From Candidatus Limnocylindria bacterium (GTDB taxonomy: Bacteria; Chloroflexota; Limnocylindria; QHBO01): a stretch of 63,180 bases of DNA. The stretch lies in the NCBI GenBank assembly GCA_036397815.1, contig DASWIE010000059.1, positions 1 to 63,180 on the forward strand. The letters are read 5' to 3'. This document shows positions 25,768 to 34,782 of the stretch, piece by piece. The notes beneath the pieces were generated by a model. That model had not been told where the DNA came from, did no database searches, and was given only the letters and a program-made list of their open reading frames with translations. Position 1 is the stretch's first letter. Each line of letters starts with the position of its first letter. Position numbers and translations under genes: made by a program.

Positions 25768-28137
25768 TCAGCCGCCACGCTCGACGGCGTCGACCAGGGC
25801 GTGCAGCGTGCGCATCCGTACCTCGCGATCGCGGACGTAGCGCTCGATCCCCTCGAGGATGTGGCTCGTGCCGAGGTGCGCCTCGTCGATCACCTCGTCC
25901 ACCGTGCCGCCGGTCCGCCAGCGGTTGTCCCAGTCGGATGAGAGCGAGTACTCCTCGGCCACCGGCCCGTCGACCCAGTCGCGCATCAGCTTGAAGGCGC
26001 GGTTGGTGATCGCCATCCCGTCCCATCGATCGGCCGCCGAGCAGATCGCATCCCGGTAGGCGGCATCCTGCCGCCGGAAGAGCTGCGGGCTGATGGCCGC
26101 CACGATCCGGACATTGAGGCCCTCGCGATCCAGCTCGGACAGCACCTTCACCACGTTCGCGGTGGTCATCGTGCCCTGGACGTAGACGGTGCCGGCCACT
26201 GGACCCTGGCCCGTCGGCTGTCGCAGGACGTATGCGCCACGCGCCGCATCGAAGTGCGACGCCATGCCGAGGGCCTCCCGGTCCGGGATCTCGATCGCCG
26301 GACGGGTCAGGTGCAGCGCCACGATCGGCACCTCGGTGGCGAGCGCGGCGGCGAGCAGCACCGGCACCTCGTTGTGCTCCCAAGGATGCAGGTCGATGAC
26401 GTGCCCCTCCGGGAAGAGCTGCGTCACGCCGGTCTCGAAGATGCCGAAGTGGGTGCGGCTGTCCTCCGCCGTCTCGGGCCCGGAGTGGCCGGCCACCCAG
26501 ATCACCTTGCCGACCTTCAGCTGGCAGTCCTGCGCGAGCTGGCTGAAGAGGCGCATCGGTCCATACTTCAGGTACGAGAACGAGCCGTAGGTCGAGCAGG
26601 CCGCCCAGAACCCGTTGAAGTCCCCCATCGGGTCCTCGGCCAGGTTGACGGTGGCGATGCCGACCGTCACCCCGGCGTTGGTGAACTCGGTGATCTGCTG
26701 GGGAAGCAGCGCCCCGCGCGGGTTCTCGTCACGCTGGTACCAGCCCCAGCCGGGGAGCTCCTGCCAGTCCTTGGCGAATCCCACGATGTTCGTCGATTCG
26801 GCCAGGTCGGCCGAGCAGGCGAGGAAGAGAGGTCTGTCGTACTCCGCCCTGGCGGTGGCGTTGACCCACGCCGCCCACGAGCCGAAGGCCGCGCGGTTCG
26901 GCGCCTTCTCGCCAGGCGCCTTCCAGAGCGACGGCGGGTAGCTGCGCACGTCGGTGAACCGCGGATCGTCGAAGATCTGCGCGCCGCGTCCGCCGAGGTT
27001 GAATCCTGCAACGCGCTCAGGGACCGTGGCCGCGACCTCGATCAGGCGGTCGCTGATGGCGTCCACCAGCGCCTCGTCCCGCCGGAGGACGCTCATCGCC
27101 ACGCCGAAGTTGTGCCGGGCCTGCGCATCGCGCTCGCCGGCATCCTCCGGCGCCGGCTCGTCGATCCCGACGTACGCCACGCCGTATCGCTCCATGAACT
27201 TCCTGCGCACCGCCCAGAACTCCGGTGAGTTCATGGCGTGCGGGCTGCCGTGGCTCTTGTTGTCGTACTTGCCATATCCCCGGCCCTTCCGGGTGCGGAA
27301 CCAGGCCATGCTCGGCACCCGCTCGGGGTTGTGGCCACGCGCCGCCTCCAGCACGGCACGCGTCACCGGGGCCCATTCGGAGCCCTCCATCGTGCCGTTC
27401 ACCCGCCAGCCGTAGACGCGGAACCACTCCTCCGGGGTGCCGTGCACCACGCTCGACACGGGCGGATCGTCGATCCCATAGTCATTCCAGTCGACCAGGA
27501 AGACCAGGTTCTCCAGGCCCAGACCCCACGCGCTGTTCCGGGTCTCGTGGCTGGCACCGGGCGTCAGGCCACCTTCGCCCTCCACCACGAAGACCTTCAC
27601 CTCTTCGCAACCTGCCGCCTTGAGCGCCACCGCCTCGCCGGCGGACGGCGGCATGCCGTGCCCGGAGGGGCCGGTGTTGAACTTGAGGAAGAGGGTCTTG
27701 CCCTCCATCTCGGCGTGACCGGGCAGCCCGCCTCGCCGGCGCAGCTTCAGCAGGTCCTCCCAGGTGAGCGCCCAGCGGCCATCGTCCGGGAACCCGAAGG
27801 CCGGGTCCGGATCACGCTCGGCGCGCGCGCGCAGCACCTCGTTGAGCACCGCCAGCGTGGTGTACACGAGCGGCACGGTGTGCCCGGCCGAGAGGACGAA
27901 GCGGTCGGCGAACGGCAGCCACGGCCGGCGCAGGTCCCAGCGCATGGCCCCCGACAGCAGCAGCGAAAGGAACAGGTGCACCTTGGATCGCGAGCCGCCG
28001 GGGTGGCCGCTCTGCCGGTAGTTCAGGGCGAGGTCGATCGCCTCGTCGATGACGTCTTTGACGACCTCCCAGCGCTCGAACGAGCCGGCCGCCTCCTCGT
28101 ACAGTCGCTCGACGGTGTCGGGTCGGGTCGCCGTCAT
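25768..28137 (-). CDS. tkt: Transketolase-like ThDP enzyme (atypical long form)
   Basis: SGHPGGS, VLSAGH, LPGHAE, NTGPSGHG, ThDP motif variant GEGG...DWND, SADLAES and HSGPETAEDSRTH. Confidence 0.8.
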   Translation of the reverse strand: MTATRPDTVERLYEEAAGSFERWEVVKDVIDEAIDLALNYRQSGHPGGSRSKVHLFLSLLLSGAMRWDLRRPWLPFADRFVLSAGHTVPLVYTTLAVLNEVLRARAERDPDPAFGFPDDGRWALTWEDLLKLRRRGGLPGHAEMEGKTLFLKFNTGPSGHGMPPSAGEAVALKAAGCEEVKVFVVEGEGGLTPGASHETRNSAWGLGLENLVFLVDWNDYGIDDPPVSSVVHGTPEEWFRVYGWRVNGTMEGSEWAPVTRAVLEAARGHNPERVPSMAWFRTRKGRGYGKYDNKSHGSPHAMNSPEFWAVRRKFMERYGVAYVGIDEPAPEDAGERDAQARHNFGVAMSVLRRDEALVDAISDRLIEVAATVPERVAGFNLGGRGAQIFDDPRFTDVRSYPPSLWKAPGEKAPNRAAFGSWAAWVNATARAEYDRPLFLACSADLAESTNIVGFAKDWQELPGWGWYQRDENPRGALLPQQITEFTNAGVTVGIATVNLAEDPMGDFNGFWAACSTYGSFSYLKYGPMRLFSQLAQDCQLKVGKVIWVAGHSGPETAEDSRTHFGIFETGVTQLFPEGHVIDLHPWEHNEVPVLLAAALATEVPIVALHLTRPAIEIPDREALGMASHFDAARGAYVLRQPTGQGPVAGTVYVQGTMTTANVVKVLSELDREGLNVRIVAAISPQLFRRQDAAYRDAICSAADRWDGMAITNRAFKLMRDWVDGPVAEEYSLSSDWDNRWRTGGTVDEVIDEAHLGTSHILEGIERYVRDREVRMRTLHALVDAVERGG

Positions 28138-28140
28138 CGG

Positions 28141-29394
28141 CTAGCGGGCCGAACCAGCGGCCGATCCGGTGGCCGATTCCGCGGCCGACTCCGCGGCCGA
28201 CTCGGCGGTGGCGAGCTGGCCGGTTCGCTCCAGCCTGGCCAGCGACTCGGCGATCCGTGCGAGGGCCGCCTCGATCTTCTCGCGGCTGTTGGCGTAGCTG
28301 AACCGGATGTAGCCCTCGCCGTGCTCGCCGAAGGCGGTACCCGCCAGGCCGCAGACGCCCGCGTCGTAGAGCAGGTGGTCGGCGATCGCGCTCGAGCTGT
28401 GCCCAAAGCTGCCGACGTTCGGGAACGCATAGAAGGCGCCGTGCGGCATGACGCAGCTGACGCCGGGGATGGCGTTGAGACCGCGCACGATCAACGCGCG
28501 ACGGGCCATGAACTCGGCGCGCATCGCGTCCGGCTCGTCCTGCGGCCCGGTGAGCGCAGCGACGGCGCCGGCCTGCGCGAACGCGTTCGTCCCGCTGACG
28601 CTGTTGATCACCAGCCGGCTGAACGACGGGACGAGCCACTCGGGGACGATCCCGTAGCCCATCCGCCAGCCGGTCATGGCGAACGTCTTCGAGAATCCAT
28701 CGAGCGTGATCGTGCGCTCGGCCATGCCCGGCAGGGTGGCGATCGACAGCGGCTCGCCCTCGTATTGGAGCCGCCCGTAGATCTCGTCCGCCAACACCAC
28801 GAGGTCGCGCTCGACCGCGATCCGCGCGATCTGGCGCAGGTCGTCGGCGGTCAGGATCGACCCGGTCGGATTGTGCGGCGAGTTGATGACGATCATCCGC
28901 GTCCGATCGGTCACCAGGCGCTCGACCTCGGCCACGTCCATGCGGAAGTCATCCGCCTCGCGCAGGGGAGCAGCGACCGCCGTGCCGCCGACGTATCGGA
29001 CCATGCTCTCGTAGATCGGGAAGCCGGGGTTCGGGTAGATGACCTCGTCGCCCTCGTCGATCAGGGCGAGCATGGCGTAGAACATGATCGGCTTGGCGCC
29101 GGGGGTGACCACCACCTGCTCGGGCGTCGCCTCGATCCCCTTCCAGCGACGGACGTCGGCGGCGATCGCATCCTTCAGCGGCCTGATCCCGGTCGCCGGA
29201 GGGTAGTGGGTCATTCGCTCGTCGAGCAGGGCCCGGACGGCCGCCTCGCTGATATGGCGCGGCGTGTCGAAGTCCGGCTCGCCGAGCTCGAGGTGGATGA
29301 CGCTGCGGCCGGTCGCCTCCAGCGCGCGCGCGCGCGCCGCCGCTTCGAAGGCGGTCTCGGTCCCGATCCGCTCCATGCGGCTGGCGAGCTTCAC
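28141..29394 (-). CDS. PLP-dependent class I/II aminotransferase (AspC-like)
   Basis: GEPDF, NSPHNPTG, LADEIY and SKTFAMTGWRMG. Confidence 0.93.
   Translation of the reverse strand: MKLASRMERIGTETAFEAAARARALEATGRSVIHLELGEPDFDTPRHISEAAVRALLDERMTHYPPATGIRPLKDAIAADVRRWKGIEATPEQVVVTPGAKPIMFYAMLALIDEGDEVIYPNPGFPIYESMVRYVGGTAVAAPLREADDFRMDVAEVERLVTDRTRMIVINSPHNPTGSILTADDLRQIARIAVERDLVVLADEIYGRLQYEGEPLSIATLPGMAERTITLDGFSKTFAMTGWRMGYGIVPEWLVPSFSRLVINSVSGTNAFAQAGAVAALTGPQDEPDAMRAEFMARRALIVRGLNAIPGVSCVMPHGAFYAFPNVGSFGHSSSAIADHLLYDAGVCGLAGTAFGEHGEGYIRFSYANSREKIEAALARIAESLARLERTGQLATAESAAESAAESATGSAAGSAR
28171..28206. repeat. 12-bp tandem repeat x3 in the aminotransferase C-terminal tail
   Basis: GGCCGATTCCGC GGCCGACTCCGC GGCCGACTCGGC, encoding AESA repeats on the minus strand. 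Confidence 0.7.
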
Positions 29395-29449
29395 CGGCGT
29401 GTCGCCCCTCGTGCGTGGAATCGTGTGGGCTCTGCGTGGATCGGAGGCA

Positions 29450-29500
29450 AGTGTAGCCAGATGGAGCCATTGCAGATTCGAACGAGACCGCTGCTATACT
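29450..29500. promoter_or_regulatory. Divergent promoters for the aminotransferase (-) and iscA/erpA (+)
   Basis: Minus-strand TACACT at 29450-29455; plus-strand extended -10 TGCTATACT at 29492-29500. Confidence 0.55.
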
Positions 29501-29561
29501 TTCCGAAGCGACCGATCCCAGCACGCGGCGCATGCCGCGCAAGAGGAGAACGAGACAGCAC

Positions 29562-29984
29562 ATGACGATGCCGGAGACGACACCGCAGACGACCCCGCCG
29601 GTTGCACCGGCGCCCGGCGGCGAGCAGCTCGTGTCGCTCACCGAGGCCGCCGCGCAGAAGGTGGTCGAGCTGCGAACGCGCGAGGGCAAGGCCGAAGCCG
29701 CGCTGCGCCTCTTCGTCAAGAGCGGAGGGTGCTCGGGGTTCAGCTACGGCCTGGCATTCGACGACCGCTTCGCCGATGACGACCGCGTCGAGGACCACGC
29801 CGGCGTGCCGATCGTGATCGACGCCTTCAGTGCCCAGTACGTGGGTGGCGCCGAGATCGACTACGTCGACTCGCTGATGGGCTCCGGCTTCGCGATCAAC
29901 AACCCCAACGCGGTCAGCAGCTGCGCCTGCGGCTCGTCGTTCAACACCGATGGCTCCCCCGCCAAGGCGGGAGGCTGCCACTAG
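29562..29984 (+). CDS. A-type Fe-S cluster carrier (HesB/IscA/ErpA family)
   Basis: GGCSGFSY, IDYVDSLMGSGF and NPNA..SCACGSSF. Confidence 0.95.
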   Translation: MTMPETTPQTTPPVAPAPGGEQLVSLTEAAAQKVVELRTREGKAEAALRLFVKSGGCSGFSYGLAFDDRFADDDRVEDHAGVPIVIDAFSAQYVGGAEIDYVDSLMGSGFAINNPNAVSSCACGSSFNTDGSPAKAGGCH

Positions 29985-30005
29985 TCGCGTCCGCGGCGCG
30001 TCCGA

Positions 30006-30030
30006 AGGCCCCGACCTCAGGTCGGGGCCT
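30006..30030. terminator. Hairpin between convergent genes, probably a bidirectional terminator
   Basis: Perfect 11-bp stem AGGCCCCGACC-TCA-GGTCGGGGCCT. Confidence 0.7.
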
Positions 30031-30048
30031 CGTCATATCCGGGTCCGA

Positions 30049-30222
30049 TCAGCTGCCGCCATTGCGGACGTCGTAGCCCGACGTCGCGATCAGCGTCTTC
30101 AGCTCGCTGTCCTGGTACTGCTCCGGGTGCGCCTCGGTCGCATGGCGACGCGTCTCCTCGAAGAGCTTCTCGTCGCTCTCCGCCTCGACGTACTCACCGC
30201 ACGGACATTCGACAGCACGCAT
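30049..30222 (-). CDS. Small metal-binding protein (DUF1059-like)
   Basis: AGGAGG SD; MRAVECPCG...ESDEKL...H...AH pattern; 57 aa. Confidence 0.75.
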   Translation of the reverse strand: MRAVECPCGEYVEAESDEKLFEETRRHATEAHPEQYQDSELKTLIATSGYDVRNGGS

Positions 30223-30330
30223 GCTCGTCACCTCCTGCACGGGCAGGGCTGCAGGAACCGGGCCAGCCGATACCCGCTATCTTTGCCTAGCAGGTATCCA
30301 TGATCACCTGCCACGGCGAGGGACACGTTC

Positions 30331-31044
30331 ATGAGCAGCGCAGAGGCCGAGCAGATCCGCCGCACCTTCGCCGCCGCGTGGGGTGAGATCGGGGCGGCGT
30401 GGGGAGTGACGCCCTCGACCGCTGCCGTGCAGGGCTATTTCCTCGCCCACGGCGGGCCGCTGACCGAGCCCGAGATCCGCCGCGCGCTGCGCCTCTCCCA
30501 CCGCGCCGCCAGCCTGGCACTGGCCGACTGCCAGGAGTGGGGCCTGATCCACCGCAGCCCCGAGGCACGGCGCAGCGGGCAGCGCGGCCCCGCGGCCGCC
30601 GCCTACGAGGTCGTCGGCGACCACTGGGAGTGGATGCGTCGGGTCGCGAAGGCCCGCAAGGAGCGGGAGACCGATCCTGTCCTGCCGCTCATCGAGCGCT
30701 GCGTCAAGCTGGCCCGCCAGGGCGCGGAGCGAGACGCCGAAGACGCCGAGCTGGCGGACCTCAGCCAGCGCTTGAGCGACCTCCTGCGCTTCGTGCGCCT
30801 GTTCGACCGTGGAGTCGGCCTGATCGTGGTGACCGACCCGCGTATCACCGCCAAGCTCTTCAAGCTGCTGGAGGAGCTCGACGACGCAACCACCCATCGC
30901 CTCCTGGATCTCGCCGACGCGCTGTCGCCCGACGAGCTGGCTGCCGCCCTGCACGCCCTGGCGCGCCTCTCGCCGCGGGCGGTGCGACGCCTGATCGCGC
31001 TGGCCGGCACTCCCGGGCTGACTCGGCTGATCGGGTCGGGCTAG
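30331..31044 (+). CDS. GbsR/MarR-family transcriptional regulator with C-terminal extension
   Basis: F...WGEIGAAWGV..STAAVQGYFL...PLT..EI...L..S...AS..L..CQEWGLI pattern of GbsR/OpcR regulators. Confidence 0.8.
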   Translation: MSSAEAEQIRRTFAAAWGEIGAAWGVTPSTAAVQGYFLAHGGPLTEPEIRRALRLSHRAASLALADCQEWGLIHRSPEARRSGQRGPAAAAYEVVGDHWEWMRRVAKARKERETDPVLPLIERCVKLARQGAERDAEDAELADLSQRLSDLLRFVRLFDRGVGLIVVTDPRITAKLFKLLEELDDATTHRLLDLADALSPDELAAALHALARLSPRAVRRLIALAGTPGLTRLIGSG

Positions 31045-31147
31045 CCAGCTCGAGCCTCCGCGGGATTGCAGGAACGTGAGATTCTGCGGCAGTCTATTGC
31101 TATCGTCCACGCAAGAACGCACACGAATGTTTGACACGAGGCCGGTC

Positions 31148-32161
31148 ATGAATGAACTCGAGGCAACTGCGCGCGCCCTTGTCGCCCCGGACAAGGGGAT
31201 CCTCGCCGCCGATGAGAGCACCGGCTCGATCCAGAAGCGATTCGAAGCGGTCGCCGTCGAGTCCACGCCCGAGACCCGCCGGGCTTACCGCGAGCTCCTG
31301 TTCACCACGCCAGGCATTGGGGAATCCATCAGCGGCGTGATCATGTTCGACGAGACGATCCGGCAGGCAACCGGTGACGGTGTGCCGTTCCCGCGGCTGC
31401 TCGTGGATCGCGGAGTCATCCCGGGGATCAAGGTCGACGCGGGCGCGAAGCCACTCGCGCTCGCCTCCGGCGAGACGATCACAGAAGGTCTCGACGGCCT
31501 ACGCGAACGGCTTGCGGAGTACCGGGACCTTGGGGCTCGCTTCACGAAGTGGCGAGCCGTCATCAGGATCGGCCGGGACATTCCCAGCAACTACGCAATC
31601 TGGACTAACGCCCATGCACTTGCCCGCTTCGCGGCGTTGTCACAGGAGGCGGGGCTCGTGCCAATCGTCGAGCCGGAAGTCCTCATGGACGGGGACCATA
31701 CGGTCGAACAGTCCGGTCATGTGACTTCGCTGACGCTTCTCGCGGTTTTCACTGAGCTTCACGATCAGCGCGTGCGGCTCGAGGGCATGCTGCTCAAACC
31801 GAACATGGTGCTGCCGGGCTACAACGCGCCAGTTCAGGCGTCACCGGGTGAGGTCGCCGACGCCACGCTGGCGTGCTTCCGACGCACGGTGCCGGCCGCG
31901 GTTCCCGGGATCGTGTTCCTGTCGGGCGGCCAGAGCGAGCAACGGGCGACCGAGAACCTCAACGCCATAAACGCCACGCAACCGCTCCCGTGGCAGATCT
32001 CGTTCTCGTACGGGCGAGCGCTCCAGGCGGCGGCGCTCACGGCCTGGGCAGGCAAGCCGGCGAACGTCGTCGACGCGCAGCGCGCCTTCCACCGCCGAGC
32101 GAAGCTCAACGCGGCCGCCCGCGCCGGGAGGTACACGCCCGAGATGGAATCGGTCGCGTAG
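31148..32161 (+). CDS. fba: Class I fructose-bisphosphate aldolase
   Basis: KGILAADES, GIKVD, KWR, VPIVEPEV, Schiff-base LLKPNMV, FLSGGQS and FSYGRALQ. Confidence 0.97.
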   Translation: MNELEATARALVAPDKGILAADESTGSIQKRFEAVAVESTPETRRAYRELLFTTPGIGESISGVIMFDETIRQATGDGVPFPRLLVDRGVIPGIKVDAGAKPLALASGETITEGLDGLRERLAEYRDLGARFTKWRAVIRIGRDIPSNYAIWTNAHALARFAALSQEAGLVPIVEPEVLMDGDHTVEQSGHVTSLTLLAVFTELHDQRVRLEGMLLKPNMVLPGYNAPVQASPGEVADATLACFRRTVPAAVPGIVFLSGGQSEQRATENLNAINATQPLPWQISFSYGRALQAAALTAWAGKPANVVDAQRAFHRRAKLNAAARAGRYTPEMESVA

Positions 32162-32176
32162 TCGCGCGCGGGCCTC

Positions 32177-32536
32177 CTAGCGGAGGCCCGAGACGAGGGT
32201 GAACGCGAGCAATGGCGCGACCAGCAGCCCCATCGTGGCGGCCAGCAGGTACCAGTCGCGCGCGGCGCGGGGATCGGCGACGCCACGCCGCAGGAGGCCG
32301 CCTGTCCAGGCCAGCACGGCGGAGAGCCCGGCCACATACAGCCCCGCGGCGAGCAGCACGACGCCCACCGCGAACGGGCGGACGCGCTCGCACGAGCCGA
32401 AGGCGAGCGGCCCGCCGGCTGGGCAGGCAGCGGACAGCTCTGCCACCACCAGCGCGCCGGCGGCGAGCAGGACGGCGACCGACCAGGCGAGGTGGACGAG
32501 CAGGCGGCGGGAGATCTCGGCGTCCGGCGGGGTCAG
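32177..32536 (-). CDS. Hypothetical membrane protein, last gene of the Rieske/cyt b operon; probable CTG start
   Basis: Three hydrophobic helices and a Cys pair in a loop (AACPAGG...GSCER). The in-frame CTG overlaps the upstream TGA (CTGA). Start is inferred. Confidence 0.55.
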   Translation of the reverse strand: MTPPDAEISRRLLVHLAWSVAVLLAAGALVVAELSAACPAGGPLAFGSCERVRPFAVGVVLLAAGLYVAGLSAVLAWTGGLLRRGVADPRAARDWYLLAATMGLLVAPLLAFTLVSGLR

Positions 32537-33114
32537 CCGCCGGACGACCAGGCGGCGCCGGCGGCAGCGGCCGCTTCCGCCTCGCGCCGCGTCACGCGCC
32601 GATACTCGAACCACAGGTAGACGCAGGCCATGGCGCCCATGCCGGCTGCGGCCACTCCCAGGGCCAACGCCCGGAGCGGGAAGGCGGGCGGGATGATCGA
32701 TCCGCCGGCCAGGTTGAAGACCATGAATGGGATGAGCACCAGCACGGTGAGGAGGTACAGGAGGAAGGCGAGATACCGGATCAACGACCAGAAGAAGCCT
32801 CGCCGTCCGCGCGCGGCCTGGATCCACACGATCAGGATGACGATAAGCACGAAGTTGGTGCCGCCCACGACGTTCGAGACCAGGAAGCCCACGTCCTTGC
32901 TGAACTTGAGCACGTAGAGCGTCACGGCGTAATAGGCGTAGTTCGGGATGTAGAAGATCAGGAAGTACATGAACAGGAAGAGGGGCACGCCCTTCAGGAG
33001 GGCCACCACCCAGGTCTCGTAGCCGAAGAGCAGCCAGTTCATGAAGTCCTCGACGTCGCGCGCGGCGCGCACGACCAGGCCCCGGCGCGGTGGACTCAGG
33101 TAGGTGCTCGTCAT
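32533..33114 (-). CDS. Hypothetical polytopic membrane protein in the Rieske/cyt b operon
   Basis: About four aromatic-rich TM helices; 7 nt downstream of the cytochrome c gene. Confidence 0.8.
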   Translation of the reverse strand: MTSTYLSPPRRGLVVRAARDVEDFMNWLLFGYETWVVALLKGVPLFLFMYFLIFYIPNYAYYAVTLYVLKFSKDVGFLVSNVVGGTNFVLIVILIVWIQAARGRRGFFWSLIRYLAFLLYLLTVLVLIPFMVFNLAGGSIIPPAFPLRALALGVAAAGMGAMACVYLWFEYRRVTRREAEAAAAAGAAWSSGG

Positions 33115-33121
33115 CGCTGCC

Positions 33122-34171
33122 CTACTGCTTCTGGGTCAAGAGGAAGGTGATGAGGGCCTGTAGCGCATCGTCACTGATCTTGCCCTCGGGATGGACGGGC
33201 ATGCCGGTCGCCTGCCCGTCGTTGTAGTTCGTGGCGGAGTCGCGAATCCACAGCTCCAGCATGTTGCGCGCGTCGGCCTCGTAGTCGGCCACCAGCTTGT
33301 CGAGCTGGCTGATCGGCGTCGGGAGGTCGGTGACGGGCTCGTTGCCGACGTTGAGCAGGCTCGGAGCGATGTCGGTGCCGGCCAGGTCGGCGCCGTGGCA
33401 CCCGCCGCAGCCAGCCGAGGCGTAGACCTGCGCACCGTCCTCGGGCGTATTCGACACCGGAGGCTGTGACTGGCTGGCCGCTTCCTCCGCCCAGCTGGTG
33501 ATCAGCGCGCTGAGGGCGGCGATCTGCTCCACCGTCAGCGGCCCGCCCACGTCGGTGCTCCAGGCGGGCATCGGTGAGTTGACGTCGCCGGAGACGACGA
33601 CGCCTCCGTAGCTGATCACGAGCCTGACGTAATCGGCGTTGACCTTGAGCTTCGCGGCGATCGACGCGCTGTGCAGGTTCGGCGCGAGGCGGCCGGTATT
33701 GCCGACCGGGCCGCCCTCGCCGGTCGCCCCATGGCAGCGCGCGCAGTTGGCGGCGGCGTCGCTGAGCGCCTCCGGCCCGACCGTCACCGAGAGCGTGCCA
33801 CCGCTGCTGGCGGTCGCCTCGAACGTGCCTTCGGTGATGTAGCGGTGCGTCGAGTTGGCGGCGGCCTTGATCGGCAGCTCGAACGTCTCCCTGCCCGTCC
33901 CGCTCACGACCACGTCCCCGCCGGTGTCGTTGAAGAAGCGTACGGTGCCGTTGACGGGGATCTCGACCTCGGCCGGATCGATGGTGCCAGCCGTCATGTG
34001 CACTTCGACGACGACGGTGTCCGGGCCGAAGATCTGCTCCCCGAAGGAGAGCAGCTCCTCCTGCTGGGCGGCGAAGGCCGCGTCGCGGCGGCTCGCATCG
34101 GTCAGCCAATAGAGGCCGGTGAAGAAGGCCATGGCGATGATGAGGAAGACGCCGAGCGTCTTGAGGCGCAT
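33122..34171 (-). CDS. Membrane-anchored diheme cytochrome c with an inserted beta-rich domain
   Basis: N-terminal TM; CARCH and CGGCH, each with a downstream MP axial Met; about 80-aa insert between GEQIF and the first CxxCH. Confidence 0.9.
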   Translation of the reverse strand: MRLKTLGVFLIIAMAFFTGLYWLTDASRRDAAFAAQQEELLSFGEQIFGPDTVVVEVHMTAGTIDPAEVEIPVNGTVRFFNDTGGDVVVSGTGRETFELPIKAAANSTHRYITEGTFEATASSGGTLSVTVGPEALSDAAANCARCHGATGEGGPVGNTGRLAPNLHSASIAAKLKVNADYVRLVISYGGVVVSGDVNSPMPAWSTDVGGPLTVEQIAALSALITSWAEEAASQSQPPVSNTPEDGAQVYASAGCGGCHGADLAGTDIAPSLLNVGNEPVTDLPTPISQLDKLVADYEADARNMLELWIRDSATNYNDGQATGMPVHPEGKISDDALQALITFLLTQKQ

Positions 34172-34174
34172 CAG

Positions 34175-34780
34175 TCAGCCCGCGCAGTGGGGCATCTGGT
34201 CGGGGGTGCGCGTGTCGAAGGTTTCGGTGCCAATCGGCGGGCCGTCCACGATCGCGCTCGTGTCGACCACGTACACGCCATCCTCGATGGTGAAGTCGAA
34301 GTGGTCCATGCCGCGCGGAGCCGGCCCGTCGCGCTTCTCGCCGAGCACGGTGTACTTGCTGCCGTGGCACAGGCATTCGAACCATTTGCTGGCGTCGCAC
34401 AGCTGCGGGATCTGGCAGCCGAGGTGCGGACACTTGCGGTAGAGGGCCAGGACCTGGTCGCCTGGATCCGCCACCTCGGTGCCGGCCCCCTCCACGTACC
34501 CTTCGGCCGCCGGGATGTTGACGATGAAGAGGCGGGCCTTGTTGTAGATGAACGGCAGCCCCCGCGGCCACTCCGGCTCCAGCGCGGCGATGTCCGCCGC
34601 GCTGCCGATCGCCAGCTTGCCGCCCAGCCCTGAGCGTACGTTCGGCCACAGGAAGGCGAGCGAGCCGGCGAGGAACTCGAGCGACAGCAGGCCGACGCCG
34701 ATGCCGACCACGCGTCGCATGAAGGAACGCCGGCTCATCTCGCCGACGGGCGGCCCGTGAACCTCCCCGTAGGGCTGCAT
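34175..34780 (-). CDS. qcrA: Rieske iron-sulfur subunit of a quinol:cytochrome c oxidoreductase
   Basis: Tat motif SRRSF plus TM; KCPHLGC; CLCHGSKY; GPAPRGM. Confidence 0.93.
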   Translation of the reverse strand: MQPYGEVHGPPVGEMSRRSFMRRVVGIGVGLLSLEFLAGSLAFLWPNVRSGLGGKLAIGSAADIAALEPEWPRGLPFIYNKARLFIVNIPAAEGYVEGAGTEVADPGDQVLALYRKCPHLGCQIPQLCDASKWFECLCHGSKYTVLGEKRDGPAPRGMDHFDFTIEDGVYVVDTSAIVDGPPIGTETFDTRTPDQMPHCAG

Positions 34781-34782
34781 GC

